Positions 11,600 to 23,199 of a DNA stretch of 64,000 bases are shown one piece after another. Where the stretch lies: NCBI GenBank assembly GCA_038087875.1, contig CM075992.1:7814001-7878000 (forward strand), read 5' to 3'. Position 1 is the first letter of the stretch, and every line of letters starts with the position of its first letter. The position numbers and the translations under genes are program-made. This DNA comes from Malacoraja senta (Eukaryota). The notes beneath the pieces were generated by a model, which saw nothing but the letters and a program-made list of their open reading frames with translations, made no database searches and was not told the DNA's origin.

Positions 11600-11803
11600 A
11601 AGAAAGAACTGCTGATGCTGGAAAATCGAAGTTAGACACAAAATGCTGGAGTAACTCAGCGGGTGAGGCAGCATCTATGGAGAGAAGGAATTGGCGACGT
11701 TTCGGGTCGGAGTCTGAAGAAGGGCCTTGACCCGAAACGTCGCCAATTCCTTCTCTCCATAGATGCTGCCTCACCCGCTGAGTTACTCCAGCATTTTGTG
11801 TCT
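11600..11803. mobile_element. Penelope-like fold-back insertion containing a hammerhead ribozyme core
   Basis: Minus copy 11600-11710 plus plus-strand copy 11711-11803; 17-bp TSD ACCTGGCAGAAGAGCTT at 11583-11599 and 11804-11820. Confidence 0.85.
11711..11745 (+). ncRNA. Minimal type I hammerhead ribozyme motif (Penelope-associated)
   Basis: CTGAAGA-A-GGG(ccttga)CCC-GAAA-CGTC: intact CUGANGA and GAAA boxes, short stem II, palindromic ACGT stem III, GUC cleavage triplet. Confidence 0.7.
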
Positions 11804-12284
11804 ACCTGGCAGAAGAGCTTGCCAGGCAGATATATTTAAGATCATGAAGATAACTGCACTTTGGGGAAAGTCTGCGATTCTGACAAATTCCTTGTCCATT
11901 CTGTCTTCTCCAGTAAAGTAAAAGTAGACAAAGTCTCCACCCTGTGAAATGGTTTTGGTATTTCCTACGCAGCAGTGAACAGCAAATGGTGACATGTGGC
12001 AAAGTCAGCACCTACAGTCGGGGTGGAAGTCCAGAGTGCCTGAGACCTGAATTCTACTGGAGATAGTACGAGGTCACAGATCTAAGTGATAACAATGAAG
12101 AATGGATTTTGTTGCTACATATACCAGAGTTTAGGAAGAAAAGAGTTAATAAAACGTGCTGATCAGTGAGTAAATAGGAACTGTTGTTTCTTAGACTGTT
12201 GATGTAGTAAAATCATATTGCAGATGTATCTTCCTTGTGGCACCATGATAGACATTAGAAGTTTGCACCACATAAAAGAGTTAA

Positions 12285-12610
12285 AGGGCATGTTCCACTT
12301 ACGTGATTTTTTCAGCGACTTGCCAGCACCTGTCATAGTCGCAGCAGATCGCCGAAAATTTTCGAAATGTTGAAAATCCACCAGCGACCAGAAAAAGGTT
12401 TGACTCTTTGGGCGACTACTCACCACCAAACAGGCGTCACCCATGTCGACACGTGACGCCTGTTTGGTCGTGAGTAGTCGCCTAAAGAGTCGTACCTTTT
12501 TCTGGTCACCGCTGGATTTTCAACATTCAGAACATTTTCGGCAACCTGCTGCGACCATGACGGGTGCCGGCAAATCGCCGAAAACCCCCCACGAAAGTGG
12601 GGCAGGCCCT
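12285..12610. mobile_element. Palindromic MITE, PIF/Harbinger-like
   Basis: Whole element is an imperfect inverted repeat; AGGGC...GCCCT termini; TAA/TTA flanks; same family as 30427-30963. Confidence 0.85.
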
Positions 12611-12704
12611 TTAAGGAGAAGGAAATTACTGGCAAAATTGAGATCAACAGAAATGTACATGTCATTGTTTTACCCTGGGTTAATCCAATTTTCAATTAAA
12701 CAGT

Positions 12705-12900
12705 GGAGACACAAGAAACTAGCATCTAGATTTTTAAAAAGGCTGCTAGAGGAACTGAGCGGGTCAGGTAGCATCTGTAGTGGGAGATGGACAGTCCTCG
12801 TTTCAGGTCAAGACTCTTCATCTGCTTGTCCGGTTGAAGGATCTCAACACAAAATATTAACTACACAGATGCTGCCTGACCTGCTGTGTTCCCACAATAT
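12705..12900. mobile_element. Old Penelope-like fold-back remnant
   Basis: Degenerate GGAACTGAGCGGGTCAGGTAGCATCTGT...ACAGATGCTGCCTGACCTGCTG inverted pair. Confidence 0.6.
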
Positions 12901-13044
12901 CAACTGAATCGACATTTCAAAGACATTGGCCGAACTCAGGAACTTTGGGATGTTCAGGCATGTGATGAGACTATATTTACACACAGTGCTTTACTTTTTG
13001 TACTTAAAAATAGACATCATATTAAAAATAGACATCATATTGTC

Positions 13045-13365
13045 GTAGAGACAAACAACATGAAACAGGTCATTCAGCCCACCAAGTCCACGCTAATCAT
13101 CAATCACCCATTTACACTAATCCTACATTAATCATATTTTTTTATTCATCCCACATTTGCATGAATTCCCCAAAGATTCTATCTCTCACCTACACTAGGG
13201 GCAATTAATAGTGGCTAATTAAATTACCACTGCAAATCTTTAGGATCTGGGAGTAAACCAGAGCTCTCAGAGTAAACCCATGCAATCTCAGAGAGAATGT
13301 GACACACGTGTGCCCTCACATACAGAACCTGAGGTCAAGATTGACTCTACCCTATGCCACTGTGT
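13045..13365 (-). mobile_element. Degenerate HE1-like V-SINE
   Basis: Diverged match to the younger copies at 16262 and 34097. Confidence 0.6.
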
Positions 13366-13547
13366 TTTATTATCACTAAGTGATAATATTTGTTCCTTAC
13401 AAAATGCCTTTGAAAAAGAATAGTGTAATATAAACGAAGTCTGTAATTATAGAAAATATCACATTTTTTACCTAACGAATGACATTATGCTTCAGAATAT
13501 GATCGAAGGTAAAATAAGTGCAGTGGAAGTTACCAGTTTAGTGGAGA

Positions 13548-13640
13548 TGGACAAAAATGCTGAAGAAACTCAGTGGGTGAGGCAGCATCTATGGAGCGAA
13601 GGAATAGGTGACGTTTTGGGTCGAGACCCTTCTTCAGACT
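13548..13640 (-). mobile_element. Short Penelope-derived insert, hammerhead core mutated (GAAA to AAAA)
   Basis: 14-bp TSD CAGTTTAGTGGAGA at 13534-13547 and 13641-13654. Confidence 0.85.
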
Positions 13641-16261
13641 CAGTTTAGTGGAGAGGTATTTCCCACTGCTTTATAAAATGTTGCGATTCGAAAGCAATTA
13701 AACTACAGTAAAGATGAATCAAAAGACCAGAAGATTTGTACTAGTCTTGAATCAACTTTTTTTTTAAATAAAGCAGCAACGTTATCAAGTCTTTTTTATA
13801 TTTGCTGTATATTTATCTTCTGTATATTTACATGCATAATATTCATTCTTTAGTCAAGATTATGCAGAACACTACTATTAATTAACAGTTATTTTCAAGT
13901 AGATCTGAAAATCCTTATGAAAAATTCCTATCCATATGATAGGTCATTAATTTGCATACTTATGCAAATAAGATAGCAATTAAGAACTTGCACTTCTTAG
14001 CATCTTCCATTTAAATTTTAAAATCAGTGGCAGAGTTTAACCCTGATAGTTTAAAGGCATTTTATTTTTTTATTTTAAAATAGAGTTAGGCATAACAGAG
14101 ACAGTATTTGGCACAAAGAACATAGAGATCTAGCTCTCTGTCGATCTTCATCTCCATTTGCGAGCACATTTACAGCAGATATTTAAATACTGATGCCTAA
14201 TAAAACAATTCATTTGGGCATCTCAGAGACAGTATAAAATCACAGTCAGCGTCACAGCAAGCTGTAGAGGAGTTCATTTTGTTCCAATTCATTTCAAAAA
14301 CAGTAGCAATTTTCAAGTCGACATCCCATGGGACAGTGGTACCACACAGAGATGTACTTAAATAGGCTTCCTTCTTAGAATTCTTTGCATTACAGACAAA
14401 TTTCCCAATCTACAAAGCTATCAGGGAGTCTGGTGGGAGTTGGCATGTACGTGATCAGACAGGCAAAGAGGATAGGTAGCATTCTCAAACCAATTTTTCT
14501 TTAGGTGAATCTATCTTTCTATTTATTTATTAAATTAGTTTAGTCAGCTAAAATGCAAAGTACAACGTTTTCCCAGTGCATTTGTGAGTCTGGTGCATCT
14601 TGTGCACTGTAATCTTCTTACGCTGGCTTGTAGCCACACCATAACAACTTATTTCATCGGTGTATTACGTTACATCTTTTAGACCAGCAAGCAGCTCAGA
14701 TTTTAAATAAATAGAAACTTATTTCTAAACCAATGTAAACGTTTCACAGAATATAACACACAGCAAAACAAAATTACAAAATAATTTAGCCCTCTGCTGC
14801 ATTATAGAAGGACGATTTCTTGCCACCGGCTGAAAGTCCCTAGTTTTGGTTAATTTAAATATCCGTATTTTGACTAACCATGGTATTTCCTTCAAGTTAT
14901 TAAAAATTGTAATGTTCACTGTCGCTGGAAATAATACACCTATTCTAAATGGAAATGAAGGTACAGATGCCTGAAACACCGCAGTAGAAATAGAAATTAA
15001 ACTTCAGCAACTACAGGTCCCCGATCTTGCGCAATTTAAAGTACAAATGATGTCAATTTATAGTATTTCAGATGCTGAATTGCACAGTTCTGTGTTTGTT
15101 GCATGCATAAATGGGAAGTACACAGTGATGATTTATAAGGAGGGGGAGGGGGGGGGGGGGGGGAATAGCAGAGGAATTAAATACTTTCACGGAAGAAAGC
15201 ACAAAAAATGTCCTAGAAATGCTGGGGCACCAGGAATCCAGTGCAAATGAGGAGAAAAAACTCAGTACATCCTTTCCTGCATTTACGAAAGGGACATATC
15301 TTGTAAAACGTTTTGCTAAGCAAAATTTCTTGAACCTAAAAGACTGGATGAAATGTACGATGGGAATTTTGGTACAATTTGTATGCATTCAGAGAAGAAC
15401 ACTATTTATTTTAGCCCCAAATAGCTTAAAGACATGTATCTCAGAATCAATGGCATTTGAAGATTATCTGTATCCATATGTAAAACTATAGTTGAAGTTA
15501 ATGAACCTGAAAACCAGTAAATCCCAAGGATCTGATGATCTACGTACTAGTGTTGGGAAAACTTGCCTTTAGGGATAATATATGCTCTCGTTCATTAGCA
15601 AAAGGAAAACCAAGTTGGACGAAGCGTTTATGAGGATGTACCGTGTGGAGTAGGTAGGAAAACCATTTTGTGTGATGTATTTGGCTACCACCAGCTCATA
15701 TCCTTTATTAAACTCCATGTAGACAACATCCATTGCCCCACCCTTACCAATCCTTGCATCCATTGCCCCACCCTTGCATTCTTAAAAAACGAAATCAAAT
15801 TTGCGAGAAAGAGACTAAAAATTACTAGTAAACTGCTGGAAGACAAATTGTCAGGTTGCAGTGACACCCGGCAAACCCAACACACAGTAATTCACAAAAG
15901 CCTAAGGCTGCATGATTATCACCAGCAGCTTGACATCACCCATCAGACATTACATCATTATAAAAACATTTTTCTCTTTCTTTCAGACAAATTTCAACTG
16001 ATCTTGAATTCAAATACTTCTCTCGCTTCACTTTCCTTTGACCCCCATCTTTTCCCCCAGTATCATCCTACCCACCCCTTTGGTCTAATCTCACGACCTC
16101 TTCTGACCTCCCATTCTCTAATTCAGCAGAGATCCCAGCTTCATCGGCCTATGACTGTGTCTGTGTCTGAATAAATTCCTAGCCTGAATCTGGATCTGGA
16201 TGTGGTACGCTGAAAAGCTCTAAGTAGAGCATCACGCAGCACTGAACAATTTTTTTTTTAC

Positions 16262-16465
16262 ATTTTATCAAGCCAATTAACCTACAAACCTGCACGTCTT
16301 TGGAATGTGGGAGAAAACCAAAGATCTCGGAGAAAACCCACGCAGATCACGGTGAGAACGTACAAACTCCATACAGACAGCGCCCGTAGTCGGGATCGAA
16401 CCCGGGTCTCTGGCGCTGCATTTTGCTGTAAGGCAGCAACTCTACCGCTGCGCCACCGTGACTGC
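16262..16465 (-). mobile_element. HE1-like tRNA-derived V-SINE (5' part)
   Basis: Reverse complement CACGGTGGCGCAGCGGTAGAG (A box)...GGTTCGATCCC (B box) followed by V domain TGCGTGGGTTTTCTCCG. Confidence 0.85.
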
Positions 16466-16679
16466 AGTAGAGTTGGTGCATTCTAGTACAGTACCACCTT
16501 AGGATTCATTCCTTTCATCCTCCACAAATGTTTACCCCTTTCTCCAAAATCCTCAGTCCATCTGGATTTCTCCTAGTCTGTTACGCACTGTGGATATACT
16601 TACCTCCCACTGCCACGGTGACATTGACTAACTAACTCACTCAAATCTAGTCCCTTCCCTACTTCAGCCCTCAAGGCGT

Positions 16680-17050
16680 TTCCACTGTCTACAAGGTACA
16701 ATTCAGGGATTTTATAGAATACGCTCTACTTGCCTGGACGTGTGCAACAACATCAACCCATAAGAAGCTCAACACCAGCCAGGGTAAAGCAGTGTGTTTA
16801 ACACCCCAAGATTCATTCCTTTCACTAATGGCGCACAGTAGGACAGAAAATGCACTACAGTGACTGGACAATGTTACTGTCAGTGCATCTCACAAATGTA
16901 CAACGTTGACAACCAAGAAGGACAATGGCAATAGGTACATAGAAATGTCACCACCAACAGGATCTCTTCAAACTCGCACACCATCCTGATTGGAAATATA
17001 CCACTTGTCCCTTCATCGTTGCCAATTCCAAACCATGAAACTTCCTACCC
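16680..17050 (+). mobile_element. Old CR1/L2-group LINE C-terminal remnant
   Basis: Decayed YK.Q.R..EY..LAW.....T.KKLNT.Q.KA pattern. Confidence 0.5.
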
Positions 17051-17699
17051 ACGTCACTTCGACAGTTCCGGATCCTTGGTCCCAAATGGCTGATCTTCAC
17101 TATGACCATCCAATCCCTCCGCATCCCTAACCCATGATAGGATGGTCGAATGAAGAGTCAACTAGTCCTTCTCCTCCGCCACCATCTTCTTTCACCTCTC
17201 CGATCTCATTTTGCATTTTCTTCAACTCTTCGCTTATTCCAAATCAAACAATATGTGTGAGAACTCACTTGGGCTTGTTATGCCTATTCCTGCACTGCAT
17301 GTATGGAATAATTATAATTTCAGTCATATTCATGCTTGTCCCATCAACTCTTTTTCCATCACATTGAAGATTGTATTGATGTGCTTCTTGCATTCACACA
17401 GAACTTGAAGCTAATACTCATTCCACCTTGTCCTCACTTTCACATGCTTCAAAACAGACGCTGCCCTTCTTTTTCTTCACATCTCCATCTCAAGGGATAA
17501 GTCCGCAACCAATATCCATTATAAGCCCACTACTTTCCATAACTATCTTGAATCTCGTTCTTCCCTTGATTTTTCCAATTCCCCAGTTTCACTGCCTTTG
17601 TCTAACGTACTCTGATAACAACAATCCAAACGTGTACCCTTTTGCTTAACTTTGCATTTCCCTCTACAAAGTTAACAAGGCTCTCAATAATATTTTGGA

Positions 17700-18150
17700 G
17701 GCACAAGAGACAGCAGATGCTAGAATCTTGAACAGAAAACAAATTGCTGGAGGAACTCATCTGTGGAGGGAAACAGACAGTTGTGGCGGCACCTGGTGGT
17801 AGGCCACGGGCAGAGCGAACCCTCGGCTCTGGAGGGAGGAGTTTGGTGTCTCGGTGTGGGAGGCGCAGGTCACGGGGGTTGACCCATAGGGGTATTTAAG
17901 GTCGGGCAACGCCCGTGCCCATTTGAGGAGTAGGGAGCTGTATCTTACCGATTAAACCACGTCTCAAGCACACAACTTGTGTCCGCTTCGTTTTTGGCTG
18001 GACTCCTACGAGTCCCTGCTATACAGGCAATATTTTGGGCTGGGACCCTTCTCCAGGCTGATGGAAGAAGCTGGGAGATGGAGGTAAGTGGGGCAAGAAC
18101 TGGCAAGATTTCAGGTAAAGAAGGATGATTGGCAGGTGGATGGAAATGGT
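17700..18150 (-). mobile_element. Old Penelope-like fragment split by an LTR-like insert
   Basis: Penelope end sequence resumes on both sides of 17782-18023. Confidence 0.6.
17782..18023 (+). mobile_element. Probable solo LTR (Gypsy-like)
   Basis: TGTGGC...GCTATA ends, CAGT/CAGG flanks, internal TATTTAA and ATTAAA; cleanly interrupts an older repeat. Confidence 0.55.
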
Positions 18151-18795
18151 GACAATATTTGAAGCCAAAATGGAGTCAAAATAGGTGCAGATGTACAATT
18201 TGATAAGGCAGGAAGATGGGGAATAAAATGTAAAATCAGATGGATTGTAAATGGAAGGGAACGGGGGAGGGAGAAGAGGTTGAAAATGGGGGACAGAGAA
18301 GGGAAGGGAGGGAGAGGAGGGGATGGAAAAAGCAAAACAAACAGGGTGACGGGGTGGAGGGGGTAATGGTAAAAAAGATTTGCACGCGTGGGGAACGCAT
18401 AACAATTTCAGGTAATTACCATTTATTTTCTCTTCACACATCTTTCTGTTTCAATTTGATTCTTTTTATTCTCTTGGCTCTACCTGTCAGTTTTAAATAA
18501 TTGTTACCATGACAACTTTTGGCCCGTACCCTATCACAAACATTCCCTCTATTTTATCCACCTCACCCCTCTCTACAATTTACAATATTCTTGTTTTCTC
18601 ATTTTTTCCATTTCTGATGAAAAGTCTTCCATGGATTCTGCTTAACCTGCCGAGTGCTCCCAGCATTTCTATTTTTATTTCGAATTTATAGCATCTGGAG
18701 TTTTTTGCTCCAGACATTACATCATGTTGGGTCAATGTGTGTGAATGGAATTGGCCACCACTTCCACACAGGAAAGGATGGGCCCCAAGCTCTTT

Positions 18796-18862
18796 GCCAA
18801 GCTGGCACTGAACACAGGCTATGGGCCAAGCTGGCACCGTACACAGGCTATGGGCCAAGCTG
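18796..18862. repeat. 29-bp tandem repeat, about 2.3 copies
   Basis: GCCAAGCTGGCACTGAACACAGGCTATGG repeated with no spacers. Confidence 0.9.
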
Positions 18863-19839
18863 CGCTCTGCAGCAAACATTTCATTGTGTACACCCATTAT
18901 CCCTCTTCTGAAATAGTCATTGCCTGAGCCCCACCGCAGCAGACTTTCAAATGACCTTGCACATGGGCACTTGCAGATTACCTGTATCCATTTCTTATCA
19001 CATGCTGATCCTACAATTGTGCTAACATCTCAATTGTGTGTGTCTTCTTCAGAGCTAGTGGCTTTATGTGTAAACATCTTTCTGCAACAACCACACCAAA
19101 CTTTTTATGATTTTAAAGATCTTGATCATGTCCTCCTTCACTCATCTTTTCCAAGAAAACAGAACTCCTGCCTGTGAAATCATTTCCATTAGGTATCATC
19201 TCTCAATTTTGGTTACAATCAAATACAGTACCCTTTTTTTGCATGTTTCATCTCTAGTGTTCATCTTATAAATATATAGACCAAAATGTGACCCAGTAAT
19301 CTGTTTACTTTCACCAATTCATAATACAACTTCAATAATTTTTATTGCTTCATGGCTCAGAATCTGAAAGCTTTCTTTTCAATTTCCTTTTTTTTTAAAC
19401 CAAGGTGAACATTTTGCTACTTTTAGTGATCTGTATATCATTACTCCCAGATTTCTCAGTTTTTCTATTTTGTTGCAGTGAGCAAAGAAGCACAGGCCTG
19501 CAGTTTACAAGGGGTACAATACATAATCTCTGAAAATATACTTGCATTTATGCCACCCATGCTCACCTATACAAGATGAGCCAAACTGATTTTAAGAGTG
19601 CTCATGAAGGCAGTAGAAAACAAATTAAATCAAATTTTCTGTCAGACCATTCTTGAATTATAGGCATTGCTGGCATTAATCTGTCCTGCATAAGCGATGG
19701 TGAACCTTCTTCCTGATCTGCTTGGTATTGATTTTAATGAACAGATTATTTAATGAAGTGTATAACAGAATGCTGTTTAGAAAAAACACAGTTGTGCAGC
19801 AATTGGTGTAACATACAAACAAATTCTGAAGAAAGATCA

Positions 19840-20246
19840 GCCCCGATGACCAGGAAACGGAGTGGAGGGAGCCGGCGACGACGGACACAAGGGTCCTACC
19901 TTCACGCGCCATGAAGGGCGGCTACGGGAGGTGCCCCTGGGGCACAAAGGTGAACGGGCGAGGAGAGGGATGTTGCTTCGCTGGACAATCCGGACATAGA
20001 CGATGGCTGCTTGGAGCTTGCCTGGATCAGGCTCCGCTCCACAACATCTAGACAAGACTGGACTTAGGAATGGTGCCACACCTGCCACCTCTTGCATGCA
20101 GTCTCAGTGGACTATTTCTGTACAGATTGCTAATCGGGGATTGTATTCAGGTATGGCAATACTTTACTGAACTGTACGCAAAAAATAATAATTTCACTGT
20201 GTGTTTGCATGTGACAATAAAGCACCATTGACCAACAACCATTGAA
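19840..20246 (+). mobile_element. Short GC-rich retroposon with Rex1-type 3' end
   Basis: Ends ATTTCACTGTG...GTGACAATAAA plus CCATTGA repeats. Confidence 0.5.
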
Positions 20247-20325
20247 ACTATTTTTACTGTTGCCTTCAAAGTTATTTTTACCGCTTTAAATTTCCATCTT
20301 TCTTATAATTGAACTCAATCAAGGG

Positions 20326-22048
20326 ACCACCAGCGGCGCCGGGGAGATGGCAGCCCTGCCGGCAGTCTGTTCGTTTTTTCATCTTTTTTGTTATTTTTAG
20401 CGTTTGTTAAAAGTTTGATTTAATGTACTTTGCTTTGTTTTATGTGGGGGGAGGGGGGGGGGAGATCGGGGGAAACTTTTTATCAGGTTCTTACCTTCCC
20501 GGAGATGTGATAAATTTTTCGGATCACATTCTCCGGGCTCTGTGGCCTAACATCGCTGGAGCCGGAGGCCTCCTCGGACTTAACAATGGAGCGGATCCCT
20601 TGCCTCGGATCGCTCCCACCGCGGACTGCGGACTTACCGTCAAGGGCTCGCAGTCTCGGGAGAGGCTAGTCGGGAGCTCCAACGCCGCAGAAGGTTCGAC
20701 CAGCCCCGATGCAAAGTTCGATCGCCCGGCGCGGGGGAGCTGACAACCCCCCGATGCAGGAGCTGAACGCCTTGACGCGGAGGGCCCAAACGCCGCTGGC
20801 TACGGGTGTCAAGACCGTCCCGTCAACGGAGGGCTCGAGGCCCCCGACCGAGGAAGAAAAAGGAAGGACTTTAACTTTATTTTGCCTTCCATCACAGTGA
20901 GGAATGTGTAGGAGTCACTGTGGTGGATGTTCATGTTAAAATGTGTTTTTGAGTCTGTTGTAGGTATGTTACAAAACTTACCTTCAGTCGCGCTGTAATT
21001 CTGCCACTGGCAGTGTGCGCGATTTTGGCGCCTTTAAGGGGGGGCGGGGTTAAAACCCGGGTTTCTCCTCCCTTGTCCTGGTTAATATTTTGTTGGAGTA
21101 CAAGCCTTGGCTGACAAATCGTTCCTAGCGGCGTTTTGTGAATTTTTTATTTTTATTAAATCGTCAATGTCAGCGCTAGAGTAATTTTAAAAGCAGCTCC
21201 TGAAGCGTCAACGCCGATAATGGGGACGGATTTCACACACGGGACAGGTAAACGAAAGTGGTTTCTTTAAATGTATAAAAGTGCTTCTTAAGAAGCCTTT
21301 AATTCACATTTTTCCATGCGACACGGTGATTTTATTCACCGCAAATGAACGTTCCAAAAGATCGCGTTCCAGAAAATCCTCACACAAGATGATTTAAATG
21401 CCCATTAATTTACAGGTATTAAACATTCAATTCCTTCCATTTGGCCTGTAAATTCATGAAAATTAGATTTAAAAATTATGTTATATTGTGAATTATTGTG
21501 TGAATGTTATTTGGACACTTAGGCTATTTAAAAATGTTAATTTATTCTTAAGAAATTGATAGATGTTTAGATCTAGTAATTGAATTTTGTAATTAGCTAC
21601 AATTAGGTAACTAACTAATTATATGCTTTACTTTCATGTCTTCGAAGTAAGATTGTTTCATATTTGTTTCAGAATGCTTCAATCTATAATAACTGAAAAT
21701 TTCTTTCAGTTATCATAATTTTTAAGAAAGTTATGGGCTTTTAACTGTCCTCGATCACAGCTTTTGTGTTAAGTCAATGGAAAAGCAATAGCGAACTAGA
21801 TGCTAATTTCTGAGTATGATAATGGCCATAACTTTTTTAATACTGAAGATATGAAAGTGAATTAAGTGTCAAATTAAACTTCTTTTTATGCTTTATCTGA
21901 TGGGATAAATTGCAGACTTTATTTTTAAAATCTCAAAATTTTGTAACATTGCTATCTGTTGCTTTTAATTGTATGACTGGCATGGCCAGTGAAATTCCTC
22001 GTATGCTGCAAAACATACTTGGCGAATAAAATCTGATTCTGATTCTGA
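20326..22048 (+). mobile_element. GC-rich non-autonomous retroposon, copy C, interrupted by a DNA transposon
   Basis: Colinear with 2188-2939; (ATTCTG)n tail. Confidence 0.75.
20961..21954. mobile_element. Non-autonomous DNA transposon with TAG...CTA termini
   Basis: TIR TAGGTATGTTACAAAA / TTTTGTAACATTGCTA; TCTGTTG duplicated at 20954-20960 and 21955-21961. Confidence 0.8.
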
Positions 22049-23199
22049 ATCAGCACAGATGAATTGAATGGAAGAAATTAATATTAGGTTAATAACTTCT
22101 CCAAAGAAAGTAAGAAAGATATCATTGGTTATACTACCGGACTAATTCAGACGCCTGGCCTAATGAGACAAAGTCATGAGTTTGAAACCTACTGCAGCAC
22201 CTCGGAAATTCAGCTAATTATGTCATCTGGGGAACGGGTAAAGTATTTACTATTAGTAACTACGATTTTGAAATTACCAGTCTCTTGCTTAAAAACCTAA
22301 TTCTGATGAAAGATCATTAACTCTGTTTCATTCTTCACATGTGCTGCTTGGCCTGCCGAGAACCACTAACATTCTCTGTTTTCTATTTCACATTTACAGC
22401 ATCTAAAGTTTTTGTTTTGCTCTTCAGTTAAATACACAACTTGATCACTAATCCTTTAGGGAAGGAAATCTGACATCCTGAAGTGGTTTGGTCCATAAAG
22501 GACTCCAAATCCACAATAAGGTGGTTAAATTTAACTGCCCTCTATAATGTAGTAGCAGGCTACATAGTTGTAACCAAACTGTCACAATAAAACAAAGAAA
22601 GAATAAAATCAGACAGATCACCTGGCTTTGACCAATTTACTAAATGGGACAAAGGCATAACCCAGCCCAGTTGATTCTTTAGACAGACAGCCACATAAAC
22701 ACCAGAGCCCATATTTTCCATTGACCGATGAGCTAGTTGAATACTCCTGCCTAGTTTGCTGTGTCTTCCAAAGCAGTACATAGCGCAACCTTACTCCAGG
22801 AAGCTAGATCTAAGATGATTGTCTGAGGTTACAACAAGATGTAGTTCAGTATATTACTCCAGCATTTTGTATCTATCTTCAGTTGAATTCAATGTTGGTT
22901 TGCTAATAGGAAACACAGGACAATAGTGGAGGGTTCTTTTTGAAGGTTGGAAGCTCATGGCCATTGGTGTACACAGGGGCTGGTCTAGTATTTGTCAAAA
23001 GTTTGCAGATGACAAAAAAATTGAGGCTGTTGATAGTGAGGATAGTCATAGGTTACAGAATGATTTTGTTAGTTGGTAAGTTTTGCACAGTAATAGCAGA
23101 TGGAATTCAAGCTAATAATGGGGTGATATATTTCAGTTGGACATACACAATGAATTGGAATGAACTAGGGAGTATAGAGGAACCAAGGATCCTCGGTAT

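Noticed and set aside
15668..16174. 168-aa ORF
   Set aside because: Non-ATG start, spans decayed LINE-like pieces and a local duplication, no coherent domain.
18796..18862. 29-bp direct repeats of CRISPR-like length
   Set aside because: Head-to-tail with no spacers, no cas genes, vertebrate context.
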